From: an archaeon
Lineage (GTDB): Archaea > Iainarchaeota > Iainarchaeia > Iainarchaeales > 0-14-0-20-34-12
Direction: 5' to 3'
DNA: 51,670 nucleotides
NCBI GenBank assembly: GCA_038046645.1
Contig: JBBSVU010000001.1
Location: forward strand, 11,078-62,747
The translations under genes were made by a program, and so were the position numbers. The notes under the pieces are model-generated. The model was not told where the DNA came from and searched no databases. It was given only the letters and a program-made list of their open reading frames with translations. How positions within the stretch are numbered: position 1 is the stretch's first letter; every line of letters begins with the position of its first letter. Positions 30,001-38,400 of this stretch are shown here, in pieces.

Positions 30001-32212
30001 CTTAACATGGGACAAGGAAGAGATTAAGGAAAAAACTTGTACTGTAACAGCACAGGGCGGAGACGCAAAGTTCTGTGATGGCGCACAGTTTGTTTTAAGC
30101 TTGGTGAAATGGAAAGAAAATGCAAAAGAACAGCTTGGCAAGATTGATACAAGCACAATATGCAAGTTAATAGATTGCACAAAAATCAAAACACTGAAAC
30201 AGCTGTATGTATTCACAAAGGAAACTGTACCAATAAAAAGCGATGATGAATCAAATAAATATTATTTGTTCTTTATGGACAAAACAAAGAATGAATTGTT
30301 GAAAGTACAGTTGCCTGCAGACAAAAAAGACTGCAAGGACATTGTGCAAGCAACAAAGAACAAAATCAAGGAAGCACATGATAATGGAAATTTCAGCCAA
30401 TTAAACGGAGTTCTTGATGCGTTTGATACTGAGATGTCTGCATGCTATGGAAAAGGCATTGACTCAGAGAATGTTGTTGCAGAATTAAGCAAGGCAGAGG
30501 TTACAAAATTATTAGAATTGCATGCAATAACTAAGGAATTCGCAACAAAAGTCTTTGATAATCCAACACAGATAGCAAACAGTTATTTCCTGACATTCAA
30601 GGAATATGCATTATTGCATACACAATTATTGGGCCAGACAGACACAACAACAAGCATGGGAAATTGCAAAAATGCAGATACCTGCAAGGCAACATACGCT
30701 GATAGTAAAGAAATAACTGGAAATTCAAACGCATGGAAGGAATTCCTGCAGGATTTGTACAAATTAGCAGACTTCAAGGTAGCTTACATGTACAAATCAG
30801 ACAATAGCTCTGAAACTGTAGATACAATCATAGAACATGGAAAGGATAAAGGCACTATAGATTCTGGCTTCTTGGAGAAAAAAGCAGAGTATTTGATTGG
30901 TGATGGATTCTACACAACTGACTTTGCAAAGGACTTCGAGGAACAGTATTCAGAAGACATTTCTATGTGGAATTTCTTTGTATTAGAAAGCCCAACAGGC
31001 ACAGATAACAAGAGCATTATTGCAACAGGAAAAGGTTCTGGGTTATGGTATGTGTCCTTTGAACCAGAAGTAAGCGTAAACAGTGGTGTACAATTAAGTG
31101 AACAAGTTAATATAAAAATGATAATCGCAAAAACACTGAAAGAAATAGATGATGAAACAGGCACAGCATTTGCAAATAACATGTATCTATATGTGCCTTT
31201 CGATGGTTATCTCGCTGCCAAAGATAAAACAGGAGATAGCAAAAGAGATTCATATGGTGCGGTTTTACCACACTATGCAACACAATCAAAAGATGCAGAG
31301 GATTGTACTGATAATAGTGATTGTGAAGAAGATGAAAGCTGCATAGCAGAAAAGTGTGTAAATGCAGAAACTGTATCTACCTTAGACTTATGCGCAAATT
31401 ATGAAAATGATGTATGCAACTTTGACATAATAAATGTAATGCAAAGTCAGGTTAGTGAACAAGCTAACAATGTTACTTTGTTCGGGTTTAGCAACCTGAA
31501 ATTTGCAGGAACACAGGATGGTATGGTATTGGGCTTGGAGAAATATGATGAGACAAGTGAAAACAACTTATTCAATTTCTACCATAATGCAAGCCTGCCG
31601 CTGGCATTAAAATTAGAATCAAAAGAAAGCGGGACTTTAACTGCATATTATAGATTGGTAAATGGGGCGAAAAAGCCATTTGAAAAATCAGGCTATGCAC
31701 AGCCATTAAAGAAAATAGACAAGGCTGCAAGCCCACATGTTGTTAAGGTAACAGGTGAAAAGAATGCTAAATACATAGCAGAATGGCTTGATAATGAAAA
31801 TAAAGCACACGAAGATACTCTTGGAGAATATGAAGTAAAAGACTTTAGTTGTGAAGCACTTGAAGACAATCAATATGCTGCAAAAATGAAGATTGAAGGC
31901 ACAGGATTGCCTTACAAAACAGTATTGACTCCTCCATTGTACACACAAGACCAGATTGAAATTGCTTGCACGAACAAGGACATAAAAATGACAGGAATGA
32001 GCTTTGGCGCTATGAAGCCTGAAGAAACAGACTTTACAAAATCACCCGAAGGTGGAACAATACATTTGGTAACCAGCGGGGCAGACGATAGCCCTAATGG
32101 ATTAAAGGAATACTTTGATATGATAAAGGAATCAAAGATTTGTATTGAAGCAAACAGCTACAAAACAGAGTTGTACTGGAACTCACAGGCATTCCTTAAT
32201 CTAACAGACTAA
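24035..32212 (+). CDS. Giant membrane-anchored surface protein 2 (paralog; Gly/Met-rich loop, Cys-rich segment)
   Basis: 2725-aa ORF; YAKIEDRWY...IPSF plus TM; carboxypeptidase-regulatory-like repeats (TDxxGxAxF); ends LYWN. Confidence 0.9.
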   Translation: MGLNEVYAKIEDRWYGFVEWLDKKNVPLYKVVDAMEAKNIPSFPVFLILFLLIIAGVIFLASGMLVQTTSLSVLVTDADDNPLSGATVSVSSDAYEQEKTTDNEGIAQFENVPLNKELTVSATKGDYKADEETVTLAEKGELALSLEKMLSTIDKTISFIGAEGELIEDNPFVQFSCSNSDVDYSATEEIVDGEITLTNIPENCGQLIIENIVGFSTEVSEIDLAESAPQIELQKETNVGKGTVVVSVKNADGNPVFGIIVMLMHSDDTLEQQLETPASGTVIFDSVPADSYYIVVSSNGDFEEYKSEAKALNANFEITFNATLTKASAGKIKIQAMNKDNVPVNNATVKLMNNNVFVKTDYTDAEGKAEFTVSVNTSYGLEIDHPDYLIFTEKGVAPKEGYYTYVLETLTSENAQSIEASIIDASNNPVESTTVMLRNSDGTPVGNQQVTGADGKTEFMNVKIGEYYVYAVKEGFDGEVSANFNVEAKKTTKVSVTLNIGSGTLNLNLMDEDKNPLQGAQVKAFNLADGKLLKEGTSDVQGKTSFSIRADKKVYFIIESSKYLPYVTLPYSPLVNSEQIIDVELVKDVAALTAKFKGFTLNEETVQNSVSAGKKYNAILQLYVPAETNYDKIALHFRTGNEEENKTNLMEEDSLFIKKVISSASKVKKATTYSPNTNMSTDMANLTAGDAKWADLIWELEGDMPKAGVFNAAVEVEIRDEATEGDVVYVYYRGYAVKGTTYIRDPTDEELKTTENAPLKQSLFAKAKAMPYSIGPSNLCSNNFCRQFEVEDLDAKLKTAIVDSYVGKITGTYTLNFKITKTSVKKYQDSTLTITNESGGLKIKEYAITTPSGKTLSKKLDGYTLEETLGTLGEGSLLSGTLTFETEKEGTNLLDIKVTADKEEIFAYSIAVDVEPAKEMSIDMLPKAVVPYIDNKLLFKVSDSENNPIVNAFVNVELDGVLIKSGTTDNAGILALELEAPQLGAALKVTAKKNSYKTVVKEVMVNSDLLQTNPVELSLEMTPSTGAEIALPLILRNLTFVPFKVKGVSLSKDLTQYVKIKSSDFVNTVVDLNKDYNGSITFELTDAGKLTEKTVNATGVISVIVENADLGKEWLVQLPLQFRIVLGLELDNLNCLGLLNKKGEPIKEITFVTTKYAMANELMLKNGCTVTNNSVTLKNLTVKIKELEEKQPLAIGTFRLESEKMPNEIVLLDGSKAAMLGAIEKGSEIPLTLKFTPSELAKSASQTATLVFEATHLSLSGEEKIKLEYKVKIVINYLQDCVKIVKPEYMELFTCANNTGLGMFPGYFGSGLGMNQGFNGLSGLGGMGNLGGFTGMESGQFGMSGYNMPFNNTGLSNWSNSQYPNTFMNPTGIGSTTLGSMNYGQGMQGDYSLYAQPSYPNTMYNTMNPMTTGYGMGMDSFGAGAYGNTNWICEQTKDAGKVKLQNNCDISVELKIEPSSQLQVKENEIKLEPKQEKEIIVEPGIFSGVYPIAISGKLLGSNTDLLELSKFNVTVMRLGDIQDRCKPTMTPTTLNVGFIGWNESKAKIYNSCYNMGYRLMPFGPQNISCYTITQAESMMGQGTQLGQPQVAGQTQLGQTLPGQLPQMSQYGSCDLVRFLIASPPRVVMTAQGMSEVVELSLRYDPQVITQWPGNVPGTLNEQFGNMRIAANRQAKSIISPGQAIVNYRSPFMMQTLSEVIPITLMDYWQFSGVADIVMKNGNPSVKAEDCIPTENKKGFLDMEAKYGILTDTHFTADRFVYDNGGDIRGHALMRVAYDRHEVLEQKLPVCGEGDFINELEKTYFEDESGVKLYFERAYGNHSIIMVMDRSEMKTKCAVIDEKLPVRVTRIYYGGTSPVIYIPIKIKMLNTDLSLEDVGGKGNVTKEKCLKTKHDKEKETEEEKQKAEIYIKITKECKIECTGLNECLKDCLKEKCEECDCCKKKCKKCEEGGEGEKEAVKEKTPLYCAGNFSAETGEEAYKRYGFDKYLLTWDKEEIKEKTCTVTAQGGDAKFCDGAQFVLSLVKWKENAKEQLGKIDTSTICKLIDCTKIKTLKQLYVFTKETVPIKSDDESNKYYLFFMDKTKNELLKVQLPADKKDCKDIVQATKNKIKEAHDNGNFSQLNGVLDAFDTEMSACYGKGIDSENVVAELSKAEVTKLLELHAITKEFATKVFDNPTQIANSYFLTFKEYALLHTQLLGQTDTTTSMGNCKNADTCKATYADSKEITGNSNAWKEFLQDLYKLADFKVAYMYKSDNSSETVDTIIEHGKDKGTIDSGFLEKKAEYLIGDGFYTTDFAKDFEEQYSEDISMWNFFVLESPTGTDNKSIIATGKGSGLWYVSFEPEVSVNSGVQLSEQVNIKMIIAKTLKEIDDETGTAFANNMYLYVPFDGYLAAKDKTGDSKRDSYGAVLPHYATQSKDAEDCTDNSDCEEDESCIAEKCVNAETVSTLDLCANYENDVCNFDIINVMQSQVSEQANNVTLFGFSNLKFAGTQDGMVLGLEKYDETSENNLFNFYHNASLPLALKLESKESGTLTAYYRLVNGAKKPFEKSGYAQPLKKIDKAASPHVVKVTGEKNAKYIAEWLDNENKAHEDTLGEYEVKDFSCEALEDNQYAAKMKIEGTGLPYKTVLTPPLYTQDQIEIACTNKDIKMTGMSFGAMKPEETDFTKSPEGGTIHLVTSGADDSPNGLKEYFDMIKESKICIEANSYKTELYWNSQAFLNLTD

Positions 32213-32213
32213 A

Positions 32214-32241
32214 GTGTGCTGATTTATTTTATTCAGCACAC
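32214..32241 (+). terminator. Stem-loop directly after giant gene 2
   Basis: GTGTGCTGA-N10-TCAGCACAC beginning 2 nt after the stop; no U-tract follows on the + strand. Confidence 0.5.
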
Positions 32242-32310
32242 CAAAAAGCCAATAATAATAAAGTAAATAATAATATTTATTGGTTTATAATATATAGAAG
32301 AAATAGTAGA

Positions 32311-32375
32311 GTGCCAAAAGGCACAAAAATATTAAAGTGCCAAAGGCACAAAAAAACAGTGTTGGCAAGACACTG
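32311..32375 (+). promoter_or_regulatory. Structured 5' leader of giant gene 3 with duplicated hairpin
   Basis: GTGCC-AAAA-GGCAC (32311-32324), GTGCC-AAA-GGCAC (32337-32349) and CAGTGT-N7-ACACTG (32357-32375), downstream of a TTTATAATATA TATA-like box. Confidence 0.5.
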
Positions 32376-32438
32376 AAAAAAGGAACAATAAGAAAAATAA
32401 AAGCTGAAAAAAATAAAAAAAGGCGAGGTTAGATTGAT

Positions 32439-35400
32439 ATGGGTATAAAAGATTTCTACTATGGATTAGAAGACAAGTGGTATGCTTTGCTGGATAAGAT
32501 TGATGCAAAGCTTCCAATATACAAGGTAATTGAGCCTATTGATAAGGTAATACCTAGTTTCTTATTGTTCTTAATATTAATATTAGCAGCAGTATTATTC
32601 CTTGCCTTGCCTTTGTTCGGAATGTTCGGCGCACAAGAATATTCAATAAGCTTTTTAGTAACTGATTTAAGCACAGCAAAACCAATAGAAAATGCAGCTG
32701 TAACCTTAAATTACCTGGATAAAACAGAAATAGTGTATACAAATGCTGAAGGTAAAACCGATGCATTGAAACTGCCAAAGGATGCTGTTTTAGACTATTC
32801 AATAAAATATTCAGGTTATAAATTAAAAAGCGGCTCACAGTTAATGGATTCTGATTATTTGGAATTGGCTATTTTACTGCAGGCAGAAGGCCCCATTGAA
32901 TTTGCTGGAGAAGGTGAAGAGATTAATTTCACAATACAAACACCAGATGGGGAAAAAATAACTGAAGCAGTAAAGGTTGAATTTGACTGCACAACCCCTG
33001 AAGCAGAGGATCCTTCAACTCAAACAGTTTATAATGGTGAAGTGTTTGTTGTAAAGCCAAAAAACTGCGGTGATTTAAAATATAAGGTTTCATCAGAAAA
33101 GTATGAATCATCAGGCTATTGGGAGCCGGCAGTAAATGGCGGCATTGCAATAATGCAGGAAAAGATTGAAAGCTTTGGAAGCGTTACAGTAAATTTAATG
33201 TTTAATAATAAGGCCACAGATGAAACAGTATGGATTGAAATATACAAAACTGATGACGGTTTTTCAGAAGGGGAAGGTGAATATGTCGATTCAAAATATG
33301 GTGAAGGTCAGGTAATATTTGAAAGCGTTGCAACAGGAACCTACTTTGTAAAAACAAAAGGAACAGACATATTTGCAAGTTCTGCTTCTTCAACATTCAC
33401 GCTGGCTGAAGGCGAGAATAAAACAATAACAATTGAATTGAAGGAAGCAATATTGGGTTCAATAAAAGTTCATGTAAAAAGCAAATCATTTGGGTTTAAT
33501 GTTAAGGATGCGACTGTCACCTTGAAAAAAGAAAAATCCTCAATTGAAACACACACTACTGATGAATTAGGAGAAATAGAACCCTTTAAGGTAGGGGAAG
33601 ATACAACATACAATTTAGTTGTTTCACATCCTGATTACTGCATAAAGAAAGTGACTGATGTAAAAATAAAGGAAGAAACATATTTGGTTGAATTGGAGTC
33701 AGGCATACAATGCAAGACACAATTGCACGTAAAAATAGTTGATTCGGAAGGAAATGCTGTAGCTAATGCGCATGTTGGATTATACAGCCCTGATGGTTAT
33801 TCTGTCGGGTTGCCACAAACAATTACTGATGCAAATGGGGAAGGAAAATTCCAAACATCAGAGTACACAACATATAAAGTATTTGCATACAAAGGCTCAA
33901 GCTCAGGCTGGAGCGATGCGTTGCAATTTACAGCAGACAATTCAGAAGAATTAGTCTATACTGTTGTTTTGGATATTCCAAATGGAACATTAAAAATAAT
34001 GGCACTAGATGAGGATGGAAATCCATTGCAGTTCGCAAATGTAACCTTAAGGGACACATTTGACAATACTGTTTTAGGCGGCGGTTCCAAACCGATAGAA
34101 AGCGCTGACGGAATATTATCATTGACATTAAAAGCAGACAAATCTGTTTATGCTATTGTCGAGAAGGCAGATTACTCCACATATATATCACAGCCTGTTG
34201 AAATAATAGGAAATGGAGAGGCTGAAATAAAAGCAATATTGATGCCAAACATTGTTGGCGGAGATATAACCTGGAAGGAAAAGGGAGTAACCTTTTTGGG
34301 GTTGTTCAAGGGAAAGGACCGTGTTTTAGATATTACCAACGGAGAAAAATACACAGCAAAATTCAAGCTCAATGTTCCAAAGGATGTTTCATATAATACA
34401 TTAGGATTCCATTTAAGGACAGGAAGGGAAGGCATTTCAAATAAATTGGAGATAGACCCAGCCCAGATAATTTCAATAAATGCGCCAAGCGCAAGCAAGA
34501 TAGTAAAAGGCACTGCGTATAATCCGCCAGCAGGCCAAGCAGATGATATGCTTTATAAAAGTGAGGGCGCAGCAAAATGGGCAACAGTTGAATGGTATGG
34601 AATTCCTGAGAATGCATCAATAACTGTTGAATTTGAGGTTGAAGTTAAGAAAGAGGCATTATTCGGAGAAGCTGTATTGCTTGATTGGAGAGCCTATGCA
34701 ATAAATTCAGAAGGCACATTAATTAATTTCCCTGAGGATAAATCAGTAGGCGTAGGGCAAGTTCCGGATTTAGTAAAAGAATTATTATATGCTAAAACAA
34801 ATATAGAAAAGTTTGTTGTTGGTGTTGAAAAGGTTTGTTCGGAAAAATGGTGCTTCTCAGCATACATTACTGATAAGTCAACAAAATTAATGGAAAGTGC
34901 AACAGAAGGATATCAAGCTAAAGTAGGAACAAACTATGCGCTTGAATTCAAAATAATAAATAATTCAGAATCAGAAATGGATACATATTATGAATCTGAA
35001 TTGCAGATAAAAGATGTAACTGAAAGTTTAGATATACTATCATACACAATAAGCGGAGCGCAGGGACATGTTGAATCTAAAGTAAGCGGCACAGATTTGG
35101 ATGAAAAAATCGGATTTGATACGGGAAAATTAGATTCAGGAAATATACAGCCAAATAGCCAGGTAACAGGAAAAATTGAATTTAATCCTAAAAAGACAGG
35201 AGCTACTCCATTTACATTTTATATATTTTCAGGAAAGAAGAATGTATTGGAAGAAACATTGAATATTGTAACAACAGCAGACAATGAATTCAAATTAGAG
35301 TATGAAAATGATGGAACATTCACTGATGCTATACCCTTATTGCCATCAGGAAAATCAAATGATATTGTAGTAAGGGCAAAGAATGCTGTTACGGGATTAG

Positions 35401-38400
35401 AGGTAGATAAAGCAGTAATAAGTGTAAAGGATAAATACGGGGCATTATTGTCACAGGCCCAGACAAATACCTTAGGCATAGCGAAATTAAAACTGCCTTC
35501 AATGCAGCCAGCTGAGAAAATTAAACTAATGGCTGAGAAGGCAAACTATAAGGTATTTACAACAGAACTAACTGTGGATAGTGCAGTTATCCTTGTGAAT
35601 CCGCTTTCATTAACCTATAATTTAAATCCAAAAGCAGAGCCTGAAAAAACATCTAACTTTACTATAACAAACAAAACAGAAATGGAACTAATTATCAAAA
35701 GTATAGAATTAAGCGGAACATTCTATGATTTAATTGACACAGAAGCTGTTGAAAATTATTTATTGACAGAATACAAAGGAAAAAAGATTGTTTCAAAAGG
35801 ATATGAAACAGTTAATCTTCCTGTAAAATTAAGCACTATTGGATTGAAAACAGAAAAGCCAAGAAGTGTTGACGGAAAATTAAAAGTTACTGTTTCGGCA
35901 TTAGGAAAGGAATGGATACAGAACATAGACATTAAAGTCAGCATTGGATTGGGCGGAGAAGCAGACAATGCAGACTGCTTTGTAGTAAATAAGGCTGAAT
36001 GGATTGGGGCAACAGAAGGTGCACCAAGAAGCTTGGAGATTAAAATAGAGAATAATTGTGTAACAAAAGGAATTCCTATTACTTTGGATAATTTGCAGGC
36101 AACAGCAGAATGGAAAACCAATCATTTGGGAATCTTTGAATTGAAATTGGAAGAAGACACAATACAGGTAAGTTCAGGATTCTACAAATTAATAAAACCG
36201 AAGTTAGAAAAAGGGGAAATTATTACAGGGGTGTTGACATTCACGCCGGATGGCGGAGTAATAGGCAATGCAGAAGCCACAATTAAAATTAAGGCAGAGA
36301 ACTTTGTTGATTCAGGAGTGCAGGAATTGGAAAAATCACTGAATGTAAAGATGACAATTACAAACCTTGAGGACTGCATAATGTTCTCGCAGGATTTGAT
36401 AAAAACAAAGATAGGGACAGACGCTACCTTAGGCATTGAAACAAAGAATTGTGGAAAAGAGGTAGATTTCCAGCTTAAGACTGCCTTGGATTTGGATTCA
36501 AAAGAATTTACAATGCAGGGAACAGACAAGAAGGACATAAAGATATACACTTCAAAAGAGCAATACGCAGGGCAGTACCCAATAAATGTCTTTGTAAAGG
36601 GACTGGAAAAAACAGAATTCGAGCCAAGGAAATTAATCAGGGTAAGAATCTTGGGCGGAGACTGTTATGAAATAAGCAAGTATGAAATGGATATATACCA
36701 GAACCCAAACAAAGATGCTGCAGTAACAGGCTATGATATAATTAAAGTAAGGAATAAATGCTATGAAGGCCAGTTTGAAGTAACAAGGAAATATGACACA
36801 TCATGCTGGTTCAACCGCGGCGACGAGCCATGGTATGATGTCACTGAATGGGATGCTGGCTGCAAGGGAACAGCAACATTAATGGGAGCAGGCATTGGCT
36901 TCATTGTTGGAGGCCTTGGTGCTTTAGGAGAATCTGGCTGCTTCTGGGGAGAAGGAGGAGGCCTAGGCTGTGATGATAAGGGATGTAAAGGAAAATCGGA
37001 GAATGCACCATGTGCCGGCGGAATTTGCAAGGACGGAACCTGCACAGCAAAAGCTGGCGCAGCAGCAGGAACAGATAAAGAATGTGCTGGTAAAAAAGAT
37101 GGAACCGAATGTAAAGAAGGATTCAAATGCTTCAAGGAAAAATGCCTTAGTGCAGAAGACTATGATGAAGAAGCTGTAAAGACAAAGGATTTTTTATCAA
37201 CTACTGTAAATTGTGAGGCTCAAGCACAAAAATTAGAAAAATGTTTAAAAGAAAAAGGATACACGCTAACTTGTGAAAAAGATATATGTATCATGATGTA
37301 CGATAAAAGCAAGGAAGATGCTACTAAAAAAGATTTCACTGCTTGTGAAGCAGAAGCAAGAACAGCAAGTTGTGGTAGCGAAGCAGCACCGACAACAACA
37401 AATAACTGTAAAGAAGAAGAAAAATTCAAAGACCAACCACAATTAAAAAACGGCTGTTGGATAGCTAAGTGTACAGGTGGCACAGCAGAAACTCCAGAGT
37501 GGAAATATTTTAACGTAAACAAGGATACGACATGCCAATCTACGGGAAAATGCGACGAGAGTGGCCAGTGTATTGGTGGTACAGCAACCGGCAGTGCAAC
37601 CCTAGCAATTCCACCAGTAACAGGAAACTATCCTTATGGGCAACAAGGATACGGTGGGGGATATGGTTATGACCAAGGCTATGGCGGTGGAATGGGCGGC
37701 ATTGGTTCTGGAATAGGTGGGCTAGTAAATGGAGTAGGTGGAACTGTAAGCGGACTGCTTGGAATTGTCAATATGGGATTAACGAATCCTTGGGCAGGAA
37801 TGGGATTAGGAGCAATAACAGGATTGCTTGCAGCATGGGCTACAGAGGATTCTGGAAGCATAACACAGCAACTAATCCTCAAAGAAATACCATTCACTGC
37901 GGAAGAAATAGGCGCAATGAAGGAAGATTATGTGTATAATGACAAGAATTTATTAATGCCAGGGCATATGCTGCTATTGCAGACAAAGGAAACTGAGGTA
38001 GAGAATAATAATGCAGCAGCAGATGCAAATACAGAGGCAGCAACAGACCTGACTGCAATGGAACAGATTGAACCATTGTTTGAAGGTGCAGAATTTGAAT
38101 TAATAAACCAAAGTATTTTGCCAAATCCGGAAAAACCCGGGCAATTTATGGAAGAATTTGAATACAAGATTACAAATACAGCAGGATTAAAACAGGTAGA
38201 CCAGTATACACCAATATTCACTGTATTGAGCGCAGGCGGAAAGGAAACAAGGGCAAAATACTGTACAACAGTGGCTGGATCAGAAAAAGAAAACTGTGAA
38301 GGCGAAACATTAACATCAAACAGGAAATTAACGCCAAAGGATGCAGCAGTTGAAAAAGGCCAATCGTATATTGAGAAATTTAGGATACAGTTAAACGCAT

